Source: Pseudomonadota bacterium
Lineage (GTDB): Archaea > Thermoplasmatota > SW-10-69-26 > JACQPN01 > JAJPHT01
Direction of reading: 5' to 3'
Assembly (NCBI GenBank): GCA_021325135.1
Contig: JAJPHT010000003.1
Location: 1 to 62,062 of the forward strand
Length of the DNA: 62,062 nt
Position 1 is the stretch's first letter; each line of letters starts with the position of its first letter. The position numbers and the translations under genes were made by a program. The notes beneath the pieces were generated by a model, which saw only the letters and a program-made list of their open reading frames with translations, searched no databases and was not told the DNA's origin. Positions 36,325-45,983 of this stretch are shown here, one piece after another.

Positions 36325-37501
36325 GCAGCAGCGCCGTGGGGACGCGGGCGTCGTGCAGGCGCAGCAGCAGGTGGAGCACGCCCGCCGCGCCCACCATGAG
36401 GGGCGGGTGCAGGCCCCGCGCGGCGCCCGAGGGCCACGCGGCGAACTCGCCCCACCGCGCGACGGCCTCGCGCCCGTGGCGCGCGACGAGGAGCCGCATC
36501 TGCGCCTCGGCGCGTCCGCGCGCGTCTGCGTCGCCCAGGCCTTCGGCGATGGCCCACGCGCACTCCACCAGCCCGACGGTGCCGTGGCAGGGGTGCGCCT
36601 CGCGCCCGGCGTCCGCGAGGTCCGTCGCGAGCTTGCGCCGCGTGGCCGCCAGCGCGACGCGCGCCTCGTCTAGGAGGCGCGGGTCCCGCAGGTGCGGCCA
36701 CGCCTGCACCCGCGCGAGGCCGATGCCGGGCGCGCCGTGGCACCACGCCGTCGCGCACGGGTGGCGGCCCCCCTTGGGCTCCGCCTGGTAGTTGGGCCAG
36801 TTGCCCTCCTGCGCGTCGAAGCGGTCGCGCTCCCACTGGAAAAGCGCCAGCGCGCCCTCGCGGAAGCGCGGCTCGCCGGTGGCGCCGTGGAGCGCCGCCA
36901 GGGCCAGCGCGCCCCCCGACGCGCCGTGGCTGAGCCCCGTGAGCGTGGGCTTCCACGAGAGGAGCCCCTCCCCCAGCCGCCGCGCGAGGGGGAGCGCCTC
37001 GGGCGCGTCGTCCATGCCCAGGAGCGCCAGGATCGCGCCCGCGCTTCCGAAGATGATATCGTGCTCGGGCGGCTCGCCGGACTCCGCGAGGCGCGCCAGG
37101 ATCGCGCGAGCGGCCTCTGGGCGGCCCAGCTCGCGCGCGACGCACGCGACGCCCAGCGTGCCGCCGTAGACGCCGAAGCGCCAGTCGCTGCCCACCTTCC
37201 CCAGGGGCGTCGCGTCGGCGTCCCACGCGTGCGCGAGGGCGTGGGCGAGAGCGCCCTGCGCCGCGCGCTCGTGCGCGGCGTCGCCCGTCGCGCGCGCCAG
37301 GCGCCCCAGCGCGAGGGCGACGCCCGCCGTGCCGTTGTAGACGGAGGGGCCCAGGGTCTCCAGCGCCGCGACGGGCTCCGTGGGCACGCTCATGAGGTGC
37401 GGCACGCGGCGCGTGAGCCAGTTGCAGGCGTCGTCCGCCCACACGGCCTGCGCGGCGAGGGCGTCCCCGATGGCGGCGGCCTCGTCGAGCCACGCGCTCA
37501 C
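36311..37501 (-). CDS. lanC: Stand-alone lanthionine synthetase LanC-like cyclase
   Basis: YNGTAG, GLSHGASG, WCHGAPG, CHGTVG (zinc ligands), LMVGAAG; GTG start overlaps upstream stop. Confidence 0.9.
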   Translation of the reverse strand: MSAWLDEAAAIGDALAAQAVWADDACNWLTRRVPHLMSVPTEPVAALETLGPSVYNGTAGVALALGRLARATGDAAHERAAQGALAHALAHAWDADATPLGKVGSDWRFGVYGGTLGVACVARELGRPEAARAILARLAESGEPPEHDIIFGSAGAILALLGMDDAPEALPLARRLGEGLLSWKPTLTGLSHGASGGALALAALHGATGEPRFREGALALFQWERDRFDAQEGNWPNYQAEPKGGRHPCATAWCHGAPGIGLARVQAWPHLRDPRLLDEARVALAATRRKLATDLADAGREAHPCHGTVGLVECAWAIAEGLGDADARGRAEAQMRLLVARHGREAVARWGEFAAWPSGAARGLHPPLMVGAAGVLHLLLRLHDARVPTALLPTPA

Positions 37502-38322
37502 GCGGGCACCTCCCAGCGCGCCGCGAGGAAGGGGTATTCGGCGCGCGAGCCGGGGCCGCGGTGCGGCGCGTCGAGGTCGAGCCCCGCGGCGCGGAAGCGG
37601 GCCTCCACCGCGAGGACGGGGTCGCCGCCCTCCCGCGCGTCCCAGAGGCCCTCCGCCAGGAGCGCGGCGCGGTGCGTGCCGAAGCTGTCCTCGCCTCCGG
37701 GGTCCTCCGCCACCGCGACGCCGGGCGCGAGGCGCAGCGCGAAGAGGGGCGTCGCGGGGCGCAGCCACGGCAGCAGATGGGCGTGGGCGCGCTCCAGCGC
37801 GGGGCGCGCGGCGTCCCAGGCGCCGGGAGGGAGATAGCACACGGCGCTGTCCGCTCGGCGGAAGGCCTGCGGGTCGTCCATGAGCTTCGCCTGGAACGGC
37901 ACGCCGGCAGATATCAATTCGCGAGGGAGGTGGCGCGTGAAGGGCGCGCCGCCCGCCGCGCAGAGGCTCCAGTAGACGCGGATGGAGCCCTCCTCCGGCG
38001 GAGGGCCCGCCAGGAGGTAGGCCCAGCCCCGCGACGCGTCCCGGCGCAGCGCGACGCCCTCGGGCACGACGCGGGCGAGGGCCGCGACGAACGCCGTCCG
38101 CAGGTGGACGTCGGGCACGTGCTGGTACGCGCCGCGCCCCTCGTCCTGGCGCGCGCCCACCGACGCGTAGAGCCGGCCCGCGGCGCGCGCGAGGGCGGGC
38201 GGGAGGCGCGCGAAGGGCGTGTCGGCGGGCTCGCCGCGCACCTCCTTGCCGTCCCAGAGGACGCGCTCGCCCTCGAAGCGCAGCCGCGCCGCGATGGCGC
38301 GGACCTCCTCGCGCGGCGTCAC
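37498..38322 (-). CDS. HopA1-family protein (LanY-type phospho-lyase)
   Basis: RVYWSL...PFQAKLMDDPQAFRRADSAVCYL...TPLFALRLAPGVAVAEDPGGEDSFGTHRA...FRAAGLDLDAPH. Confidence 0.85.
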   Translation of the reverse strand: MTPREEVRAIAARLRFEGERVLWDGKEVRGEPADTPFARLPPALARAAGRLYASVGARQDEGRGAYQHVPDVHLRTAFVAALARVVPEGVALRRDASRGWAYLLAGPPPEEGSIRVYWSLCAAGGAPFTRHLPRELISAGVPFQAKLMDDPQAFRRADSAVCYLPPGAWDAARPALERAHAHLLPWLRPATPLFALRLAPGVAVAEDPGGEDSFGTHRAALLAEGLWDAREGGDPVLAVEARFRAAGLDLDAPHRGPGSRAEYPFLAARWEVPA

Positions 38323-39404
38323 GGCGCCACCCCGAACCACTCCGCCATGGCGCGTGCGGGGTCCTCGTGCCACCGGTCCGCCAGGTCCAGCGCGGCCAGC
38401 GCCACCCCCGGGATGCGCGGCTGCTGCTGGGTCAGCTCGAAGGCCTGGAGCAGGAGGTGGAAGGGGACGAGCGCCGCGACGCGCGGGAAGAGGGAGGGCT
38501 CGCCGTAGGCGCTCCAGAACGCGCGCCCCGCCTCGGGCCAGCCGAAGGGAATGCCGGCCTTCCCGCGGGCGTCCGCGAGGTCGCGGGCGCGCAGCGTCAT
38601 GGCCGAGAGCAGCCAGAAGCGGACGTGCTCGCCGAGGTAACAGGCGACGTCCCACGCGGGGTCGCCGACGCCCGCCATCTCCCAGTCGATGAGGCGCAGC
38701 ACCGGGCCGCCCTCGGGGTCCGCGCCCGGCGCCACGAGGAGGTTGTCCCACCGGACGTCGTGGTGGACGAGGCCCGGCTGCGCGCGCCACGCCTCCAGGA
38801 GCGGCGCGCGGGGGGCGTTGAAGAACGGCCTCCCGCGCAGCGCGTCGGCCAATTGCGCCATCGCCGCGCCTTCCACCTCCTCGGGCAGGCTCAGGGTCAG
38901 CGCGCCGGGCGGGCCGCGCGGGAGCGAGGGGAACGCGCCGGCGCGCGCGGCCTCCGCGCCGGCCCGGTGGACCCGCGCGAGGAGGCGGCCCGCCGCAGCG
39001 GCCGTCTCTGGCGGGAAGCGCGGGCGGCCCCCGGCGAGGTGGAGCTTCGTGAGCGTCGTCGCGGGGTGGACCAGCTCGGTCACGAGCACCGCGTCGGCCT
39101 CGTCGTCGGCGCGCCAGCGAGGCACGTCGCGACGCGCGGGCGCGAGGAGAGGGTGCTCCGCGAAGGCGCGCAGGGCGGCGGACTCCGCGGCGAGGGTGCG
39201 GCGGCCGCGCGCCTCGTCCTCGTCGCCCGCCTGCTTCACGAGGAGCCCCGCGGCGCCGGGGACGACGACGCGGAAGTTGCGGTTGCGGCGCGTGCGGTCG
39301 TGGACCTCCACCTTGCGGTGGACCGCGTCGGCGGGGGCCAGGAGCCCCCGGGAGAAGAGGTAGGCCGGCAGCGTCTCGAGGTCGAGGAGCGCGCGCCCGG
39401 CCAT
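38319..39404 (-). CDS. Aminoglycoside phosphotransferase-like kinase (LanK-type)
   Basis: RRNRNFRV, LLVKQ, LVHHDVRWDNLLV, LIDWEMAGVGDPAWDVA. Confidence 0.88.
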   Translation of the reverse strand: MAGRALLDLETLPAYLFSRGLLAPADAVHRKVEVHDRTRRNRNFRVVVPGAAGLLVKQAGDEDEARGRRTLAAESAALRAFAEHPLLAPARRDVPRWRADDEADAVLVTELVHPATTLTKLHLAGGRPRFPPETAAAAGRLLARVHRAGAEAARAGAFPSLPRGPPGALTLSLPEEVEGAAMAQLADALRGRPFFNAPRAPLLEAWRAQPGLVHHDVRWDNLLVAPGADPEGGPVLRLIDWEMAGVGDPAWDVACYLGEHVRFWLLSAMTLRARDLADARGKAGIPFGWPEAGRAFWSAYGEPSLFPRVAALVPFHLLLQAFELTQQQPRIPGVALAALDLADRWHEDPARAMAEWFGVAP

Positions 39405-39410
39405 GGTCGC

Positions 39411-39662
39411 TCAGTTGGCGAGGCAGCGGCCGTAGGACTGGACGATGCTCAGCGCGGGGATGGAGCAAACCGCGGTGCAGAACGCCACGGGCTGCTCCAT
39501 CTCCTGGGCGCGGCCGGGGATGCAGATGTTGAAGCTCAGCCGCGAGGGCATGAAGCTGCAGATCGCCGTGCACTGGGGTCCGGCCACGTTGTCCGGCATC
39601 TCGTCGTGGACGCGCGCGAAGGGCGTGGCCTCCAGGCGCTCGATGTCTTCGGGGGTCAGCAT
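39411..39662 (-). CDS. Putative RiPP (lanthipeptide) precursor, 83 aa
   Basis: Acidic leader MLTPEDIERLEATPFARVHDEMPDNVAG, then Cys/Ser/Thr-rich cores CTAICS and CTAVCS; first gene of kinase-lyase-LanC operon. Confidence 0.8.
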   Translation of the reverse strand: MLTPEDIERLEATPFARVHDEMPDNVAGPQCTAICSFMPSRLSFNICIPGRAQEMEQPVAFCTAVCSIPALSIVQSYGRCLAN

Positions 39663-39927
39663 GGTTGCAAGCCTCTGCGCCGCAAGGGCGCGTCCGTGCG
39701 AGCGCGTGGCACGAACGTAAACCCGACGGCTGCGCAAGGGGCGGCCTGCCGGGACAGGTCCCCGCCTTCTTGATCTGTCAGTGATGGGGGCCGGTTACGG
39801 GGGGCGGGGCCACGGAGGCAGTCCCACGGGGGGCTCCCCCAGATGGGGGCATCAGGCATTCCCGCCAGGTGGGGATTTCGTGCGCCACCCCCGAACCGGG
39901 CAGGACCCGGATGGAGCGCGGAGCCGA

Positions 39928-41553
39928 CTATCCCTCCGAGTCGAAGCGGATGCCCAGCGTGCCCGCCGTCCGCGTGCAGTTGACGCCGCTGGACGCGCGC
40001 TGGTCGCAGGTTTCGTCGGCGTTGCTGGAGTTGTAGTAGAGGTCCGTGCCGTTGCCATCGAAGAGCAGCGCGAGGCCGGCGGACGTGGCGCCGTAGTTCT
40101 CAACGAGCCCTCCCTGGCCGAGGTACTGGTCGTTGCCTTGCGCGTCGACGAGGACCGCGACGCCGGGGCCGCCGTGGACGACGCCGCTGAATCCCTTGTA
40201 CTGGTCGTACCCGATCGCGTCGTAGAGGAAGGCGGCGCCGTAGCCATCGACGAACGCGTTCCCGCCGCGGTACGTGTCGTAGCCGGCGAGGTCGACGAGG
40301 AGACCGACGCCGCCTCCGATGGCCCCACCGTTGTCGGCGAATGAATTTCCCCAGTAGGAGTCGTCGTCGTTGGTGTCGCCCGCGCTGACGAGGAAACCGT
40401 GGCCGCCAAACGCGCCGCCGTTGGTCCCCATGTCGTCCGCGACGATCGAGTCCTTCCCCAGCACGTCGATCAGCGCGCCTTCCGCGGGGACGTCGAGCGG
40501 GGAGAAGCCTCCGCCGTTCGCCCCGTAGTCCCAGGCGTTGTAGGCGTCGTCGCCGCCCGCGTCCAGGAGGAAGCCGACGCTGGGCGTGTTCACCCCGTCG
40601 GACGCGCCGCCGTTCACGCCGTAGCTGAGCGCGTAGTACCGGTCGTTGCCCTGCGCGTCGACGAGGAAGCCGGCCCCGTGCTCGGCGCCGCCGTTCACGC
40701 CGTGGCTGCGGGGCGCGTTCGGATCGCCGTACTGGTCGTTGCCGCCCAGGTCGATGAGGGCGGCGGAGGGGCAGACGGAGGGGCCAAGCTGCCCCTGGCA
40801 GAGGAAGCCGTTGCCTCCGTTGTTCGCCAGGTAGGTGTCGTCCCCGCCCACGTCGACGACGAGGGCGAAGTCGTCGCTGTACGTGTTCGACGTCCCCACC
40901 GGGTCGATGGCGATGAAGGGGGGGACGTAGACCCACGTGGAGGGCGGCGGGAGCGCGAGCCTCTCATGGGGCGTCGCGGCGGCCAGCGCCACCGTGGCGT
41001 CGAGAAGGGCGCCCCGCGCGGCCAGCATCGCGGGCAGGCCCTGGGAAGGCGCCTGCTCGAAGGCCGCGAAGGCGTCCACGACGCGCGCCAAGGCTCCCGC
41101 CTGGGCGGCGGGGAGCGCGTCCAGGGCCTGGATGCTCTTCGTCTGGTCGGGCGTCAGCTTCGCCTCGTGGGTGGCGAGATACGCGAAGGCCGCCTCGCTG
41201 GGGCGCAGGTGCCCCGCAAGGACCGGCGCAGGCGCGGCCTCCATCCCGTTGAGCGCGAGCGAGCGCGCCGCCGCGACGCGCTCCAGCTGCTCGCCCAGGG
41301 CGAGGCCTCGGAGCGGCGAGGCGGCGGCCGACTCGGCGGCGTGCGCCGCGGCGAAGTTGATCCGCTCTGCGGCCAGCTCCGCGGAGACGACGGGATCGGC
41401 GGCGCGCGTGGCGGCCGCCAGGTCCAGCTGGTGGGCCGCGGCGTCCAGGGCGCTCGTCGGGGAGGCGGAGGGCGCAGCGGGCCACCCGCCCAGCGCGAGG
41501 GCGGAGGGGGCGGTCAGGATCAGGGCGATGACGAGAGAGATTCGGGTCAGCAT
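39928..41553 (-). CDS. Secreted protein with repeated NGG...LxDxxGxDxY motifs
   Basis: Signal peptide; about eight repeats such as LIDLGGNDQY, LVDAQGNDRY, LLDAGGDDAY. Confidence 0.85.
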   Translation of the reverse strand: MLTRISLVIALILTAPSALALGGWPAAPSASPTSALDAAAHQLDLAAATRAADPVVSAELAAERINFAAAHAAESAAASPLRGLALGEQLERVAAARSLALNGMEAAPAPVLAGHLRPSEAAFAYLATHEAKLTPDQTKSIQALDALPAAQAGALARVVDAFAAFEQAPSQGLPAMLAARGALLDATVALAAATPHERLALPPPSTWVYVPPFIAIDPVGTSNTYSDDFALVVDVGGDDTYLANNGGNGFLCQGQLGPSVCPSAALIDLGGNDQYGDPNAPRSHGVNGGAEHGAGFLVDAQGNDRYYALSYGVNGGASDGVNTPSVGFLLDAGGDDAYNAWDYGANGGGFSPLDVPAEGALIDVLGKDSIVADDMGTNGGAFGGHGFLVSAGDTNDDDSYWGNSFADNGGAIGGGVGLLVDLAGYDTYRGGNAFVDGYGAAFLYDAIGYDQYKGFSGVVHGGPGVAVLVDAQGNDQYLGQGGLVENYGATSAGLALLFDGNGTDLYYNSSNADETCDQRASSGVNCTRTAGTLGIRFDSEG

Positions 41554-41571
41554 GGGGGCACGTCCAGGATA

Positions 41572-42273
41572 TCAGGGGAGCACGAGGTTCGGCGGCTGGC
41601 ACCACGCGAGCGGCACGCAAGCGAGCCAGTCGGCGTCGAGGCCCGGCACGCACGAGGGCTCTCCGGGCGGCGTCGCGCAGCCCGCCGCGTCGGGCGGGCC
41701 CGGGGGCGCCTGCGGAGGGAAGTTGACGACGGCGTCGAGGACGTCGAAGCCCCACTGCATCACGCCGGGGTGCCAGGGGTCCTCGTCGTCGACGCAGTCG
41801 AACGTGTGGGCGAAGCCGCAGTTCGTCGTGTCGCGCGCGTAGCAGGCGGCGGGCGGGTTCTCCCAGACGAGGCTCCTGGCGACGGGGTTCACGAAGCTCT
41901 TGAAGACGAGGCAGTGCGCCCAGTCGCTCAGGGCCAGGGAGTCGCCCAGCAGGATCTCCACGCCTGGGCCGGCAAGGAAGGCGGCGTCGTCGACGGCCAC
42001 GATCGCGACCGGGTAGGTCGTGTCGTTGAGGGTGGAGAGCGTCGAGACCGTCTTGTCCTTGCCCTCGTCGGTGAGCGGGCTGTCCTGGCCGGCCTGGTGC
42101 ATCGCCACGGCGGCGTCGTCCCAGGCGCAGCCGCCCTGGTCGAGGGCGTACTGCCAGTCGGTGTGGTACGTGCTCTCGACGAAGTCCTGGCGCTCGTCGG
42201 CGAGGGCCAGCGGCGCGAGCAGCGTGGCCGCCAGGGCGGCGGCCATCAGCGGGGGGAGCGATCGTCTCGTCAT
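41572..42273 (-). CDS. Secreted Cys-rich protein
   Basis: Signal peptide MTRRSLPPLMAAALAATLLAPLALA. Confidence 0.75.
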   Translation of the reverse strand: MTRRSLPPLMAAALAATLLAPLALADERQDFVESTYHTDWQYALDQGGCAWDDAAVAMHQAGQDSPLTDEGKDKTVSTLSTLNDTTYPVAIVAVDDAAFLAGPGVEILLGDSLALSDWAHCLVFKSFVNPVARSLVWENPPAACYARDTTNCGFAHTFDCVDDEDPWHPGVMQWGFDVLDAVVNFPPQAPPGPPDAAGCATPPGEPSCVPGLDADWLACVPLAWCQPPNLVLP

Positions 42274-42277
42274 GGGC

Positions 42278-42841
42278 TCACCATCCGGGGGCGTCGTAGG
42301 GGTCGATGCCGAGGCAGGCCAGCCCCGCCTCCGCGCGGTCGCGGGTATGATCATAGCGCGCCTGGGCGTGGAGCCATCCGCCCGTGCGCGCGTCCCCCAG
42401 CGCGAGCGCGTCGTCCGCGTCCGCGTGGGTGAGGTCGCGCTTGCCGTGGGCGCTGGCGAGGCAGAGCGCGGTGGCGCCCGACGTGTCGACGACGACGGCG
42501 TTCAGGGCGCTCGCGGCGCCCAGCGCCCTCTCCTGCGCGTCGCCCGCCGCGGCCACCGTCGCGTCGCGGACCTGCGGGTAGAGCGTGTCGTTGGCCACGG
42601 CGTCGTAGGCCCAGGCGTAGGCGGCGGCCGCGTCGTCGCCCAGCATCGTGGGGTCGGGCGGGGGCGCGTCCACGCTGCGGTTGTGGTCGAGGGCGTCGAG
42701 CGCCCGCGCCGCGTCGGCGTGCTGCGCGTCCAGGCAGCCGCGCTCGGCGATCTGGCGGGCCGCGTCCGCGTCGCCCGCGTCCGCGGCCGCGCAGCCCAGG
42801 GGCAGCGCGAGCAGCAGGGCCAGCGCGAGGGGGGCCCGCAT
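42278..42841 (-). CDS. Putative lipoprotein, helical
   Basis: [17 protein letters not shown] lipobox-like. Confidence 0.7.
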   Translation of the reverse strand: MRAPLALALLLALPLGCAAADAGDADAARQIAERGCLDAQHADAARALDALDHNRSVDAPPPDPTMLGDDAAAAYAWAYDAVANDTLYPQVRDATVAAAGDAQERALGAASALNAVVVDTSGATALCLASAHGKRDLTHADADDALALGDARTGGWLHAQARYDHTRDRAEAGLACLGIDPYDAPGW

Positions 42842-45534
42842 CAGCAGGCCTCCGGGGCGTTCTGGCACACCGTCTCGTAGGCGGGGTCGACGACGTTGGG
42901 CACGCCCGCGGGGGGCGCGTTCTGCTGCGAGTCCACGGCGCGGTTCGGCGTGTCCGCCGCGTAGAGCGCCAGGAGGTTCTGCCCTTCGGCGAACTGCAGC
43001 GCGACCGTCTGGACGTCGAAGGGCGTCGTGCCCGACCAGCCGCCCACCCCGGCGCACGTGCCGAGGTACTCGGCGCCGGTGTTGCTCAGCTCGCTCTCCC
43101 AGGGCTGGATCGCGTCCTCGGGCCGCACGCCGTCCACCGCCGCGGTGCACTTCTCGATCAGGGTGCCGACCTCGTAGGCGGGGCGATCCAGGATCTGGAA
43201 GACGTCGTGGATCTGCGTGGCGAGGCCCAGGGGCGTGGCCGCGCCTTCGGCGCTCTCGCGCACGCGGGTGTACGCGCACGTCGCGGTGACGAGGGCGTTG
43301 TCGCACGCCTGCTCGCGGGCGTCGCCCGTGGGCTGGTTCGCCGCGTCGAAGACGCCGCTCGTGTCGGCGCAGAGGCCGGGCACGCCGGAGCCCACGGTGA
43401 GCCCCTGGTCGTCGAAGTGGGGGCCGGCGTAGACGTCGGGGCGCACGGGCAGGCACGAGACGGCCGCCGCGGAGGCGGGCCGGAGCGGGCCGAAGTCGAG
43501 CCCCGCGCAGGTCGCGGCCTCCAGGGCGGGGTACTTCGCGGGCGCCGCGCAGAAGGCCTCCTGGGCCTCGTCCACAGGGGTCGAGGCCGGCAGGATGACC
43601 ACGCCGTCGTGGTTGAGCGTGACCTCGGGCACGACGTTGCCCGGGTTGACGCCCATCACCTCCGCGACGCGCGGGTTCGTGAGGTCCACGAGCGCGACGC
43701 GCGACGCGGGCAGGTCCGCGGGGATGCCCAGCTTCGCCAGGCCGCCCTTCGCGGCGAGCCCGTTCCACTGGCCCGTGCCCGGGACGAGGGGCACGAAGCC
43801 CGACTTGAGCGTCACGGCGGTGCCGTCGGGCTGCACGTAGAGCACCGTGGGCTGCGCGTGGAGCGTCGCCGCGCCCGCGTCGACGAGGCGCTGGAGCGTG
43901 GGCCCCAGCAGAGGGTCGTTCGCCGGGATCGGCGCCAGGCGCGCGTCCGAGGAGCCCGCGTTGAAGCCCCACTGCCCGTTGCAGTTGCGCCAGAAGCTGA
44001 AGCTGCCGGAGCCGTTGGCGCCGAAGTCGTGCTCGTAGCCGATCTCCTTGTAGCCGGCCATGCCGTAGCCGAAGATGGTGGCGCCGCCGGCCTTCCAGGG
44101 GACGTCGAGGCGGCCGCTCCAGTTGATGAGGCTCGACCAGTCGCTGCTGCAGTTGGTGATGTCGCCGCTGATGTCGAACTCGATGGGGTACTTGATGCCC
44201 CCCTCGACGCCGATGTCGATGGTGATCGTCCAGCGGAAGACCTTCTGCTGGATCGAGATGTACGAGCGGCCGGAGACGCGGATGTCGAAGGTCGCCACGA
44301 CCGACGTGTGGCTGGGGCGCTGCGTGGTCAGCGCGGGGATCACCGCGTGGAAATCGCCGCAGATGCGCAGGCCGATGGAGCTGTCGCTGTTGGCCGAGAT
44401 GGCGCCGTTGGAGCCGGCCGACGAGCGGATGTTGTCGAGGATCGCGCGGAGGATGGCGGTCATGCCGCCGCTGGTGAGGTCCGAGAGCGTCACGATGGTG
44501 ACGCAGCTGTCGTGCTCGACGGGGCCGTACTCGATCTCGACGGCGTCGGTGCTGCCGTCGGGGTGCTTGACCTCGACGTTGAGCTTGCGGGCGACGGCGT
44601 CGAACCAGTAGTTGGTGGACGCCTGCGGGGAGCCCGCGGGGCTGGCCGCCGCGCTGGAGCTGGACCCGTCCCCGTACTGCACGTCGGCGGAGGGGGCGCT
44701 CTCATCCTCGGCCTTCTGCTGGTCGTCGGCGGTGAAGTGGTCGCAGGGGTCCTGGCTCTGCGCGTCCGCCGCGTAGCAGTTGGTCGAGCCTGGGTTGATG
44801 TAGATGATGCAATCCTGGTCCGCCGTGTCGACGTTCCGGCCGCTGTAGAAGTCCTTCACGGCCTTGTCGCACGCGCTCATGTCCGGGTCGCCCATCGGGC
44901 GCTCGGGGAAGAGCATGAGCTGGGCGTAGCGCTTCAGGCCGCCGTGCGCCTTGACGTAGTCGAGGAACGCGGGGACGAACGCCGCGTCGCGGTCGACCAG
45001 CACCTGCTCGAAAAGGTCGTTGGCGATGGAGGGGGCGACGACGCCCGCGTCCACCTCGCCCTCGAAGGACGTGCGGATCGTCTTGCCTGGAATGGGGTCC
45101 AGCCGCGACGAGTCGCACGCGCCCAGGAACACGTCCGTCGCGAAGCTTCCCGCGATGGCGTCGCGCAGCTGGCTCCAGGGCACGAGCGTCCCGCCCGCGC
45201 GCAGGCCCGCGGCCTCGCCGTGGCCCAGGACGACCAGGAAGCGCGCGTGGGAGCCTGCGACCAGCGAGAGCAGCGTGGCCGCGTCGTCCGCCTCCAGGAG
45301 CGCGACGCGGCGCATGCCGCCGACGTCGCGCAGCAGGTGGGCCGTCTCCAGGGCGGCCTCGTGCGGGAGCGCGCCGTCGGGAGCGCCCGCCAGCGGGGCG
45401 TACACCACGTCGACGGGGAGGTCCGCCTCGTAGTCCGCGTTGGAGGCGGGGACGGGCTGGAGGAGGGTCACGGCGAGCAGAAGGCCAAGCGCGCCGATGG
45501 CGAGCAGACGAACGGTCCGGGGGGTCGAGGTCAT
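42841..45534 (-). CDS. Large secreted multidomain protein with N-terminal caspase/CHAT-like (clan CD) motif
   Basis: Signal peptide; FLVVLGHG and VFLGACDS; Cys-rich linkers. Confidence 0.75.
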   Translation of the reverse strand: MTSTPRTVRLLAIGALGLLLAVTLLQPVPASNADYEADLPVDVVYAPLAGAPDGALPHEAALETAHLLRDVGGMRRVALLEADDAATLLSLVAGSHARFLVVLGHGEAAGLRAGGTLVPWSQLRDAIAGSFATDVFLGACDSSRLDPIPGKTIRTSFEGEVDAGVVAPSIANDLFEQVLVDRDAAFVPAFLDYVKAHGGLKRYAQLMLFPERPMGDPDMSACDKAVKDFYSGRNVDTADQDCIIYINPGSTNCYAADAQSQDPCDHFTADDQQKAEDESAPSADVQYGDGSSSSAAASPAGSPQASTNYWFDAVARKLNVEVKHPDGSTDAVEIEYGPVEHDSCVTIVTLSDLTSGGMTAILRAILDNIRSSAGSNGAISANSDSSIGLRICGDFHAVIPALTTQRPSHTSVVATFDIRVSGRSYISIQQKVFRWTITIDIGVEGGIKYPIEFDISGDITNCSSDWSSLINWSGRLDVPWKAGGATIFGYGMAGYKEIGYEHDFGANGSGSFSFWRNCNGQWGFNAGSSDARLAPIPANDPLLGPTLQRLVDAGAATLHAQPTVLYVQPDGTAVTLKSGFVPLVPGTGQWNGLAAKGGLAKLGIPADLPASRVALVDLTNPRVAEVMGVNPGNVVPEVTLNHDGVVILPASTPVDEAQEAFCAAPAKYPALEAATCAGLDFGPLRPASAAAVSCLPVRPDVYAGPHFDDQGLTVGSGVPGLCADTSGVFDAANQPTGDAREQACDNALVTATCAYTRVRESAEGAATPLGLATQIHDVFQILDRPAYEVGTLIEKCTAAVDGVRPEDAIQPWESELSNTGAEYLGTCAGVGGWSGTTPFDVQTVALQFAEGQNLLALYAADTPNRAVDSQQNAPPAGVPNVVDPAYETVCQNAPEAC

Positions 45535-45545
45535 GGTGGCTCACC

Positions 45546-45971
45546 TCAAGGCCAGGCGCCGATCCACGTCATGGAGAGCTGCTGGCTGTCGGTCTCGCCC
45601 AGGATGTCCTCCGCGACGACCGTCACGAGGTAGCTGGTCGTCTTGGGGGCGTACTCGTGGCAGGGATCGGCGGCGGGGGCCGCGTAGCCGCTGCCCTTGC
45701 CCACGATGGCGCCGCCGGAGAGGACGTCCTGGTTGCCATCGCCCCAGTCCACGGTGATGCGGAACGTCGCCGTCGAGGGGGTGTCGTGGATGAGCATGTT
45801 GAGGCAGGCGTGGGGCAGGTCGGCGCGCGCGTCCCACGTCGGCGGGAGGACGTAGTCGTTGTAGTACGGCGTGACGGAGATGAAGTGGAAGTCGGCGCTG
45901 GCGCTCGCGGCGGGGAAGAGCGCGAGAACGGCGGCGCCGAGGCTGAAGGCGATGCGGAGGGTGGACGTCAT
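45546..45971 (-). CDS. Secreted PKD-like domain protein
   Basis: FRITVDWGDG...HEY...YLVTVVAED. Confidence 0.75.
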   Translation of the reverse strand: MTSTLRIAFSLGAAVLALFPAASASADFHFISVTPYYNDYVLPPTWDARADLPHACLNMLIHDTPSTATFRITVDWGDGNQDVLSGGAIVGKGSGYAAPAADPCHEYAPKTTSYLVTVVAEDILGETDSQQLSMTWIGAWP

Positions 45972-45983
45972 GCGATCAGATCC

